A stretch of 64,000 nt of DNA from Andalucia godoyi And28 (lineage: Eukaryota > Protista > Jakobida): the NCBI GenBank assembly GCA_009859145.1, contig VRVR01000057.1, forward strand, positions 116,259 through 180,258, written 5' to 3'. Numbering within the stretch: position 1 is the stretch's first letter; every line of letters starts with the position of its first letter. Below are positions 32,831 to 43,971 of the stretch, piece after piece. The notes under the pieces were generated by a model that did not search any database, was not told where the DNA came from, and was given only the letters and a program-made list of their open reading frames with translations. The translations under genes and the position numbers were made by a program.

Positions 32831-33194
32831 TTGAATAATAACACGTCATTGTCATGCATGCGGATGGAAGTATACATAAACAGACACGGTCAATACTGGC
32901 CGACACCAGCACGTTTGTTTCACAGGAATTCGTGGTACAGGGCCTCCTAGGTCCCGCAGACCTACTAAGAGACCACGTGTCACTACACCTACTGCTAGGG
33001 CCGTCAGAATCAAAAATGCACCCTTCTCAGGAACAACGTGTCACGCTGAGAAAGTGGCTCACCGATTGATCGAGATTGGGAACGGAGCGCGGAGCATTTA
33101 TCTGAAGAACGCCGTGAGGCGTGTTGGGGGCCTATCCCCTTCCCGGCAACAGGATGCACGATTGAATATGCATGTTCAGTGTACAATGTAGGCG
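32831..33194 (+). mobile_element. Internally deleted Fanzor2/IS607-TnpB element, subfamily A, copy 1
   Basis: Near-identical to 54130-54512(-). Encodes frameshifted RAVRIK-MHPSQEQRVTLRKWL (OrfB/TnpB N-terminal HTH-like) fused to PIDRDW-NGARSIYLKN (RuvC-III), then the conserved right end TGTACAATGTAGG|CG. Confidence 0.85.
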
Positions 33195-33212
33195 TTGGAA
33201 GCAGAAACGCAA
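33090..33212 (+). ncRNA. Predicted omegaRNA scaffold plus guide, subfamily A copy 1
   Basis: Block between the RuvC-III codons and the right end is conserved across copies. Function inferred from known TnpB/Fanzor biology; boundaries approximate. Confidence 0.45.
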
Positions 33213-33480
33213 TATTTCCTCTCTGTTTTGCGTTTATGAATTATTAGTACAAATGAACTGATCTGCTCGTGAGACGCATTGCTGCACATTGAAACGAAAA
33301 AGAAAAAAGAAAGAAAGAGAACAACCAGAAGTAAAAGAAAATAAACAAAAGGAAAAAAAAACCCCCCAAACAAACCACGAGTGCGCGTGTGTATGTATGT
33401 ATGTACGTGTGTGTATATGTGTGCGTGCGTGTGAAAAAAAGCGCGGGAGAGACGTTCGGCCGTTGTTTTCTCTACTTTCT

Positions 33481-34182
33481 TCATTCGGCGGCAACGGCTC
33501 TTTGCTGGACGTCTCGCCGGATTTGGTCGGATTCGCGGAGATACGAGTCTTCGTCGTGGGGAGCGGAGTGCGGGTGTTCCTGATAGAGATAGTGGGCATC
33601 CTCGGCTTCGCGGGAGTTTCCTCTTTTGGCGGACGGCTGTCGGCGCCTGGACGATGTTCGGCCTGTGGAGACCGCGCGATGTTTGGAGCCCGATGCCGAG
33701 TTTGGCGAGGTGGCAAGGACGAACGGGAGCTGGGCGATGGATTTGGCAAGCGCCTCGTTTCGTCGAAATTCCTCTTCGAGCTGCACGCGGGAATAATCGG
33801 GGCGGGTGTGCTGAATGCGATCGAGAATCCACTGGTTTTCTGCGGTGATGCGCTCTAATTCCCGACGTCGGGCAGCCCGATGCAGCCCTCCATCGCCCGC
33901 CATTCCCGGTTTTGTCATTCCTGTTTCCGAATCGGACTTTTCCAACGTCATAATATCCGTCATCCGCTGCAACAACCTCCGATTGTCACGCTCAATCGTG
34001 GCATACCGCTCCTCCTCCACCTGCGCCCGCTTCAAGTTCAGCTGCATGTGCCGAAACCGCGGCGGACTCTTGTTGTCCACAGTAGGCTTTACAGTCGACA
34101 ACTTCGCCCGATGTGCCTTGTACTGCTTTTCTTGCCATCTCTCATGCAACACACGAGACTGAATCGGTTGCGCTCGATACAT
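33481..34182 (-). CDS. CFAP97/Hemingway-domain ciliary protein
   Basis: HRAKLSTVKPTVDNKSP...KRAQVEEERYATIERDNRRLLQRM and RRRELERITAENQWILDRIQHTRPDYS. Confidence 0.85.
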   Translation of the reverse strand: MYRAQPIQSRVLHERWQEKQYKAHRAKLSTVKPTVDNKSPPRFRHMQLNLKRAQVEEERYATIERDNRRLLQRMTDIMTLEKSDSETGMTKPGMAGDGGLHRAARRRELERITAENQWILDRIQHTRPDYSRVQLEEEFRRNEALAKSIAQLPFVLATSPNSASGSKHRAVSTGRTSSRRRQPSAKRGNSREAEDAHYLYQEHPHSAPHDEDSYLRESDQIRRDVQQRAVAAE

Positions 34183-34687
34183 TCTCCTCTGATGATTTTC
34201 TGCTCTTCGAGAAGACCCACAAAAACAAAAATACCCCAAACCCCTCAAAATAACGACAACGGCAACAACGCAGGAAAGAACAGAAAAAGAAAAAAGAATC
34301 GATGAAAAAAAATAAAAATGAAACGACAAAAATCACCAATGATGAATCCAAATACCTGTGATAAACCAAATTCAGAGGAAAAAGAAGGCCAAAGAAACCC
34401 CATCAAAACCACCATAAAGAGAGGTTTCGAAGAGCAAAAGATGAAAGAGCAGAAGAAGACCGAGGGAGAAAAAACCCGTTTGTCGGAGGGGTTGTTTCTG
34501 TGATATCGTGCATGCTTTATCGTGCAGTTTCCCTCTTCCCCTCCGTCCTTTTCAGCCTCACTTGAGCTCCACTGCTGTTGTTCTCCTGCTCCTCTTCTTC
34601 TTCTTCATCCCCAGCTACAGGACGCAGACCCCAGACCCAGACAGAGACAGAGGCAGAGGCAGAGACACACAGAAGAGAAGGAGGACG

Positions 34688-35680
34688 ATGTGGCTGATCA
34701 ATGATACGTCGTCGTTTTTCCTGTATCCAGCATACGCGCCGTCCTCGTGCACCTTTTCGCTGTCGTCGTACTTTGTGCTCGTGATCGTCGTTTACAGCCT
34801 CGTGTGTGCGTCTCTGTACGTGTTGCAGCGGGCCTTGATACTACCTGTGTTTTCCCGCCTTGTGGGAGGAATCCGCCCATCGTCACATGCACAATTTCAC
34901 AGCATTCCCCGCATCCACATCCACGGACGCATCCACGAGCATCTCTATCCGCTGGATCTCGTCTATGCGCTCACGATCCCGTTCCTGACGCTCTACGCAA
35001 TGACGACACACGACACCGCTCTTGCGTCCCATCCGGTCTTTGGCCACTCGTGCCTCGCCGACACCGCCCTTCTCGCCGCCATTCCCGCTCTCCTCCTCTC
35101 TGCCCTCTCTGCCCTCTCTCCTCGGTCGTCCTTCTCCTTGTTGTCGTCCGTGTTGCCGCTGTTTACAGTAGGTGCAGTCGCGATTGCATATGCGTGGGAC
35201 GTTGGGAAATGGGTCGTCTGCGCAGCTCTTCTCGGCGAGGCAGACATTGCCATTCACATCCTCGCCGTCCTCGCCCTCTCTCTCCTCTCGCCATCTGCAG
35301 GTGCCAGACCGCGCGCCGGTGCGGGTGCGGGTGCGGGTGGGCGAGGAGTGTGGAGGTGGGCGGCGATGGTCGTCGTGTGGAGCGTGCGACTGGCTTCGTT
35401 TGTGATGCTGCGCGTCGTTCCATTCTCCGCCGCCCTCTTCCGAGCCACCGGCATCCTGTCCTTCTCCGACTCGTCCTCGTCCGACCACGATAGTCACAGC
35501 GACAGCAGATTGTGGGAGTTTGAAGCGACAGTGCGAGAGTCGGTGCCTGGATGGATGGTGTCGGTCATGGTGATCGCAGTGGCTGTGCATCTTGCACAGG
35601 GCGTCCATGTCGCCGCCCATTGGATCCAGTGCTTCCCACGCCTTTCGACCGCCGCCATCTCCAGGAAGAAGCGTCTGTAA
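34688..35680 (+). CDS. Multi-pass membrane protein, possibly divergent TLC (TRAM/LAG1/CLN8) fold
   Basis: Six or more hydrophobic segments; LLGEA and SVRL resemble TLC motifs. Family call weak. Confidence 0.5.
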   Translation: MWLINDTSSFFLYPAYAPSSCTFSLSSYFVLVIVVYSLVCASLYVLQRALILPVFSRLVGGIRPSSHAQFHSIPRIHIHGRIHEHLYPLDLVYALTIPFLTLYAMTTHDTALASHPVFGHSCLADTALLAAIPALLLSALSALSPRSSFSLLSSVLPLFTVGAVAIAYAWDVGKWVVCAALLGEADIAIHILAVLALSLLSPSAGARPRAGAGAGAGGRGVWRWAAMVVVWSVRLASFVMLRVVPFSAALFRATGILSFSDSSSSDHDSHSDSRLWEFEATVRESVPGWMVSVMVIAVAVHLAQGVHVAAHWIQCFPRLSTAAISRKKRL

Positions 35681-35872
35681 AGAAAAAAATGCAACATGGT
35701 TTCCTACTACGGTCAGCAAGGCTCTTTCTGAGGCTCATTTTGCCGGTGCTTCTAAGAGCAGGTAATCTTGCCGGCTTTTTGTCCAATCATTTTTTTTGTT
35801 TTTGTTTTGTTGTTGTTGATCGCATTGATATGTCGTTATTTGGCAGCCTAGGTACCGAGTCACGGAGTCAGA

Positions 35873-38203
35873 ATGAGTGCGGCGATACGAAGTATGGGTA
35901 CGTTGTTGCGGATAGCGTCGGATGAAGAGTGGATTGAGACTGCTGTTGGGCTTCCTCTGGTTCCGGACTCGGAACTGTTTTACAATCCGCTCGCTCAGAC
36001 GACGATCGCAGTTCCGCCACCTCTTCCGCATGCATCCGAGCTTCTTCTGCAACACGTTCCACTCACTGCTCGCAAGTCATCGTCCTCGGCAGCAGCGACG
36101 ACAAGCACCACACCGACTATCGTCTATGCGACCCAGAAGGTGTCGTTTCGCCAGTCGGCCCCTTCTCTCTCCGCTCAACCACACACTCACGGCCTCACGC
36201 ACAGCACGCATTACAGTCGGAACGGTGTAGAACAGAATGAGTTTTCAAAAATGCTAAAGAGTAGCTATGTGAGGTGTTGTTGGAGTGAGGCGGGCGGAGA
36301 GACGATGCAGGATTTGGACGATGCGGTTGCGCTGGTGATGCAGCATCTCGGAGCATGCAAGCTGCATCGCACTCGCGCAGTCCTTGGCATCGAGGCCGAG
36401 TCAACAGGCGCGACGAGTGGCAGTGCGGGTGGTGGTGGGGGCAGCAGCTGCAGTAGTAACCCGAGTATGCATGCAAGCGAGAATGGATCCATCTTGCTCG
36501 CGCATCTCTCCACTGCCTATTCGGCCACGGTCACGGCGACGACCACGTGCAGATCAGTGGATAATAAGGACGAAAGGACAAAGAACAGAAGGATGAATCG
36601 GTGGACAGGGGAAGAAGAAGAGGTGTTGGAGCAGATCGTGTCGATTGACTTTTCGGGTGGGGATGTCAGGCCGCTGGAAGATGTTATGCAGCATGGGGTC
36701 CATCTCAAACAGTGGGTAGCGTCTGCCATTGCATATACTCCGCCGTGCTTCTCAGTCCAGCATCCTCGCCCGCAATCGCTGCAGCAGTGGGGATGGGGCG
36801 CAAGAAGCAACACTGGTCGCAATGCTGCTACTCGGCATGGGAAGGGCGGTGTAGATAGAGAAGTTGATGGCAACTGTGATGGTGGTGGTGATGATGACGA
36901 CGATGAAGAAGAGCGGAAACGACTAGTGTATGGACTGTTGCTGTTCTGGCCGTACTCTACGCGCGTGCTGATGGAAGCATTGTTGCTGCTGTACGAATCT
37001 GTGCAAGAGAAGCTCAAGATGAAGAGGACGACAAGGGTGACTTTGGAGACGACGGAGACCGATGACGAGGTTGCGGCGCGACAGATTGAGCGGTTTTGGG
37101 CAGCGTGGCTTTCCCATCCCTATCTGTCCATACGAGACGCCAGTGCTGCGGACCTTGCTCGGCTTCCTGTCCACATTGCTGCGCTCTACTATGCATCGCT
37201 TCGTGCCCGTCGATCCCATTCATCCTCTTTCCCGTCCCCGTCCGCGTCCGCGTCCGCGTCCACGTTCACGTTCACGTCCTCATCATCGATGGGCAGTGGA
37301 AGTGCAGCCAAGACAACGGGGTTTTATTCTCGAGTGCTGACAAATCCGATTTCTGGACACCTGTCGCCCGTTGAACTTGCCCTGTTCGTGTTCTCATATC
37401 CCCCTCACGAATGGGCCGCGCAATTCACGCTTTTTCATCACGCGCTGTTCTGTGCGATCCAGCCCCACGAGCTCATTGGCGCGGCGTGGAACGTGTTCAA
37501 GAAGCGTTTCAAGGCTCCGAATGTTGGGCGATGCTCCACTGCGTTTAATTCGACCACCGAGTTTTGGAGGAAGTTCATGGACGGTTGCACGCTCCTTGAC
37601 GATGGACTTGCAGACGCCAGGGCGATTCTCGATGCCAACGAGCCGCTTCGAACAAGCATCTTTGAACGGACGGACCTCTCTTCCCTGTTGAGCCCCGTCG
37701 ACAACGAGGACGATGCGGACAGCGAGCAGCGGAGACACGAAGCGCCGTCGTTTGCGGCCCGTGGAACACGGTTCGTTGCGCAAGTGACACTCGCGATGTT
37801 TGGCCTTCGAAACTACTCGGGGGTCCAGGCCATGCTTTTCTGTCCCATCAAGGTGGATCCCGCAAGCACCACAGCACCGCAGATCGACGCCATTGCCAAG
37901 GTGATGTCCAACAGCGAAAATTCAAAAGCATACAGGAAAGCGCTGGCGGCATCTCTGGCCGGCACGGAACCGTACGTCCCGTTCATGGGTGTGTACCAGG
38001 GTGATCTGTTTTATCTTGACGAAAACCCAACCAAGCTGTCCGATGGCTCGCGCAACATGTTCAAAGTCTCGCGAATCACAGGCATCCTCCGCGACATTGA
38101 GAACTGCCAGGCGCGCTCCTATGCGCTTCGTGCCCACAAGAACGAGGAAATGCACATTGTTATTCGCGCCGCCATGCGCTTCTATCCACCGCCGAAAACC
38201 TAG
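35873..38203 (+). CDS. RasGEF (CDC25-domain) protein
   Basis: AAQFTLFHHALFCAIQPHEL, LRNYSGVQA, PYVPFMGVYQGDLFYLDENP, NMFK. Confidence 0.88.
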   Translation: MSAAIRSMGTLLRIASDEEWIETAVGLPLVPDSELFYNPLAQTTIAVPPPLPHASELLLQHVPLTARKSSSSAAATTSTTPTIVYATQKVSFRQSAPSLSAQPHTHGLTHSTHYSRNGVEQNEFSKMLKSSYVRCCWSEAGGETMQDLDDAVALVMQHLGACKLHRTRAVLGIEAESTGATSGSAGGGGGSSCSSNPSMHASENGSILLAHLSTAYSATVTATTTCRSVDNKDERTKNRRMNRWTGEEEEVLEQIVSIDFSGGDVRPLEDVMQHGVHLKQWVASAIAYTPPCFSVQHPRPQSLQQWGWGARSNTGRNAATRHGKGGVDREVDGNCDGGGDDDDDEEERKRLVYGLLLFWPYSTRVLMEALLLLYESVQEKLKMKRTTRVTLETTETDDEVAARQIERFWAAWLSHPYLSIRDASAADLARLPVHIAALYYASLRARRSHSSSFPSPSASASASTFTFTSSSSMGSGSAAKTTGFYSRVLTNPISGHLSPVELALFVFSYPPHEWAAQFTLFHHALFCAIQPHELIGAAWNVFKKRFKAPNVGRCSTAFNSTTEFWRKFMDGCTLLDDGLADARAILDANEPLRTSIFERTDLSSLLSPVDNEDDADSEQRRHEAPSFAARGTRFVAQVTLAMFGLRNYSGVQAMLFCPIKVDPASTTAPQIDAIAKVMSNSENSKAYRKALAASLAGTEPYVPFMGVYQGDLFYLDENPTKLSDGSRNMFKVSRITGILRDIENCQARSYALRAHKNEEMHIVIRAAMRFYPPPKT

Positions 38204-38403
38204 GCAAACGACAACCTGAAGAGCCGCTGTAGTTCCGGTTTTGCCTTTTTTTTTTTGCTTGGTGTAAAAAATGGCACCCGCTGTAAGAGCCGGAGCACGC
38301 TTTGCCAAACAGCCCGATGAAAATGGTCCGACTGGTCCTTTCCTGGTTATTTCCTCCATTTTCTCGTTCATTGTCTTCCTGTGCCTTCGTCTGTTGAAGA
38401 GTC

Positions 38404-38455
38404 CGAGTGCGAGTCCGAGTGCGAGTGCGAGTGCGAGTGCGAGTGCGAGTGCGAG
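38404..38455. repeat. (GAGTGC/GAGTCC)n hexamer repeat
   Basis: Directly visible. Confidence 0.85.
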
Positions 38456-38527
38456 TTAAGGTTAAGGAGTTGGAGTCCGATTTGGAGTTTGAGTTCAGAG
38501 GACTGAGGGTTCAGAGAAAAAGAGAGG

Positions 38528-39106
38528 ATGACGAACGCCCTGTCTTCGTTGTGGAAGTCGTATTTACAGCAGCTTTCGACGCATCCGATCCGGACAAAGT
38601 GCATTACAGGCGGTACACTTGCGGCGCTTGGCGATGCATTGGCGCAGGTGTTGCTGTCGGATGGTTCAAAGTCGTTTGACATTTCGCGATTTTTACAGCT
38701 GACGGTGTTTGGGGTGATTTGCAGACCGCCGATGCATGTTTGGTACAAGCGTCTTGACAGGGTTGTGCCCGGCTCGAATGCCGAGTCGACGCTCGCCAAG
38801 CTTGCACTGGACCAGCTGGTGTTCAACCCGGTGTTTTACGTTGCATGGTACGCATACCGCATTCTCTTGTGGGACTGGTCAAAGGGGCGAGGAAGGGGAA
38901 AGCTCGAGAAGCTTGTGCAGACGCTGCGGCAGTCGCTGTGGCCTGTGCTGATGGACAACTGGAAGGTATGGCCGGTCATTATGCTTGTATGCTTTGCGTA
39001 CGTCCCAGAGAATTTGCAGGTGCCATTCATCAACATCGTTGGGCTTCTGTGGAACATCTTCTTCTCATGGCGCGAAAACTCGGCGAAAAAGTCAAAGACG
39101 ACATAA
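38528..39106 (+). CDS. Mpv17/PMP22 family membrane protein
   Basis: YLQQLSTHPIRTKCITGG...GDALAQ, KLALDQLVF, NWKVWPVI, VP...N..GLLWN. Confidence 0.92.
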   Translation: MTNALSSLWKSYLQQLSTHPIRTKCITGGTLAALGDALAQVLLSDGSKSFDISRFLQLTVFGVICRPPMHVWYKRLDRVVPGSNAESTLAKLALDQLVFNPVFYVAWYAYRILLWDWSKGRGRGKLEKLVQTLRQSLWPVLMDNWKVWPVIMLVCFAYVPENLQVPFINIVGLLWNIFFSWRENSAKKSKTT

Positions 39107-39292
39107 TGAGTCCACGCCGTCTACCGCATCGGACAACTCTCTCTGTCTGTCTCTGTCTGTCTCTGTCTCTCTGTGTCTGTCTGTCTGTCTGTCTCCTTTT
39201 CTTTCTTTTTCTCTCTACTGCATAAAAACAAACGCACACGCACACGTACACACACATGCACGCAAGCAAACACAAATTGGTGATAGGGGAGC

Positions 39293-40117
39293 CTAGACTT
39301 TTCCTGGAGCAAGGACAATCATGGATTTTGTGCACAGCTCGACGTCTTCTTGCCAGATGCAGTCACCAAGTCTGAGATCCTGGGTGCGCAGCTTGGGAAC
39401 TCTAGGCGGCCCGAGTTTCTGCATGCGGTCATAGACGTTCTGGACGAGCGCATCAAAGGCCTCTTTGACGTTTTTTCCTGTTTTGCCGGACGTCAGGAAC
39501 CATCCAAGCAAGAGGTGTTGGCGCGTGTACGTGTCGAGGACTGCGGCCGAGGGCACGACAACCGTGTCCGCGGCCTTTGGCGAGACGTCCGAGAAATTCA
39601 CGATGAGCACCGTCGGGATGCGGGGCAGATGCTTGACCAAATGGACGATCCTGTCAATAGCCTGCATGCTCGATGCATCCGCCACAGAAAACACAAGCAC
39701 CAAGCCCGCTGCGCCGTCCATCACATCCGCAAAGTTCGTCTCGAAAAACGCCGCAGAGCAGTCCCAGAACGCCAACCGTGTCGCAAACGGCTTCTTCTCA
39801 TGCTCAAACTGCTGCACCCCGAGCCCCGACGCATACCGCAGATCCATCCCAACCGTCGGTTGTCCACCTGTCATTGCCGCCATTCTCGCTGCCGACGACG
39901 GTGACGACGACGACGATGTTGAGAATGCCGAGGATGTCGATGCCGTTGTTGCTGCTGTTGACGAGGATGACGAGGACGCCGCAGAGGCACTCAGCATCGA
40001 GAGATACCGCTGAATCAGAGCAGTCTTTCCAACAGACGCGGCGCCAAGCACCGGAATCTTGACTACATACTCGGGAACCACCACAGCTCCTCCTCCTCCT
40101 CCTTGTGTCTTTTCCAT
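39293..40117 (-). CDS. Divergent Rab-like small GTPase
   Basis: G1 GAASVGKT and G2 PTVG intact; G3 WDCSAA, G4 NFSD, G5 TSGK degenerate. Confidence 0.8.
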   Translation of the reverse strand: MEKTQGGGGGAVVVPEYVVKIPVLGAASVGKTALIQRYLSMLSASAASSSSSSTAATTASTSSAFSTSSSSSPSSAARMAAMTGGQPTVGMDLRYASGLGVQQFEHEKKPFATRLAFWDCSAAFFETNFADVMDGAAGLVLVFSVADASSMQAIDRIVHLVKHLPRIPTVLIVNFSDVSPKAADTVVVPSAAVLDTYTRQHLLLGWFLTSGKTGKNVKEAFDALVQNVYDRMQKLGPPRVPKLRTQDLRLGDCIWQEDVELCTKSMIVLAPGKV

Positions 40118-40465
40118 TCTCCACAGTCCACGATCCACGCTCCAAGTCTTCTCTGCGATTTTCCATAGTCAATCTAGACCCTCAGGCACGAGAGCTTTCT
40201 CTTCGGGAATCCATTCCCATCCGACGCACTACGGTACGACACAGGGTCCTCGTTAGCATCAAGCGCACAAGCCTCAAGCCACTTTCCCTTCCAAAGGCTT
40301 CGGAAAAGCCAGACACTCCTTTGCTCTCTTATCGACGACTGCTGTTCGTTGATCGGAAAAGAAACCTTTCCTTGTCTTTTTTGTATTTGTATTTGTTTTC
40401 CTTTTCTTATTTTGTTTTACAAAAAACTGGTGTTGTTGTGCAAGTTTTGGAAAGCAGCGAAGAGA

Positions 40466-42842
<2,377 letters not shown>

Positions 42843-43339
42843 GCTGCTAGCTTGCGCGGCACCTGCGCCGCCTCGGAAACCCCGCCCATCGAACCAGCCC
42901 TTTTCCCATTTGTTCTAGTGTCCAGTGTCCGGTGTAACAATGAAAATCAGCTGTCAAAAAACCGCCCCCCTCCGCAGTTCCTTCTCTCAGTATGTGCATC
43001 CAAATCTCTCCAAACATTTGTCTCGCATGCTGCGCCCCCCCCAAAAAAACAGATTATTTGGCGTAAAGTGACTTTTACAATCCGCACCAGCGCCCATCAT
43101 CGATTACAAGGAAATCGGTTTGTCGGTATTCGACAGCGTCTCTCATTGGGCCTCGACCTTGCACACCTACGCTGCCGCGACAACAACACCAACACCAACA
43201 ACAACCGGTAACAGCAATCTGCAGGGGAGAAAGGTCGGCCTTCATTCAACAACTGCGTCGACGACGCATGTAAAAATCAGCCATGCTGTCCGATGATATT
43301 CACAGCCATCCAGCAGACATTTGGGGTTTGGAGGATTAT

Positions 43340-43505
43340 TATATGTATGTGCGTCCATCGTCTACATTGTACACTAACCACGGATAATCATCGCTGATCA
43401 CCCGTAATCAGTGTTGCAACCCAACAACATGCATAGCGTGATTGGGAAAGGGGTAGGCCCCAACACGCCCCTCGGCATGAGCGACGCTCCTAAGATAGAT
43501 GTTGC
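43340..43505 (-). ncRNA. Predicted omegaRNA scaffold plus guide, subfamily B copy 2
   Basis: Same GCGA-capped hairpin (43380-43405) with pairing-preserving substitutions relative to copy 1; boundaries approximate. Confidence 0.45.
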
Positions 43506-43675
43506 ATTGCATGGACAATAACAATAAAAATAAAGAAATGAAATGAGCGTCGCTGTGCAAGAGTGCAACGCGGCGGCGTATGTATAGGGATTTCATGATC
43601 AAAAGCGAACGAAACGAGTCGGGCATCGTGTGACGAAGTAGCCAAGATAACAAACGCATGCGCGTGGCGCGTGGC
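43359..43675 (-). mobile_element. Non-autonomous Fanzor2/IS607-like element, subfamily B, copy 2
   Basis: Paralog of 21142-21461; remnant CNIYLRSV; end GTGTACAATGTAGA|CG. Confidence 0.75.
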
Positions 43676-43971
43676 AAAGGGGTTTTGTTTACGTGCGCTT
43701 CAGATTGCTTAAGCATATCGCAATTAGTGGAAGCGGTGGCTTTGGAAGAAGAAAGCCTTTTGAATGCGAGGAAATCTTCTCCGCGTTGCTGTTCTCTTCT
43801 CTTTTGTATTATGTGATTAAACTTATACTGGTTGTTTTGGGTTTTGCCTTTTTTTTTTTCTTTTCTTCTTGATTTCTTTTCATATTTGCTCCTATAATTC
43901 TCCTCTCCCAGGTGCGTGTGCGTGCGTGTGAGAAACAGGACAGGGAAAAGGAACAGCAAAAGAAGAGAAGG

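Noticed and set aside
32224-32877. 217-aa minus-strand ORF next to the Fanzor copy
   Set aside because: Its start lies inside the element's left end and no family is recognisable; could be a disrupted gene but not called.
33110-33125. GCCG-TGAGG inside subfamily A matches the predicted TAM plus the first 5 nt of the fixed guide (self-targeting?)
   Set aside because: Only 5 nt match before divergence; too short to separate from chance.
32831-33194. IStron (group I intron + IS607) interpretation
   Set aside because: All copies are intergenic and too short for a group I catalytic core.
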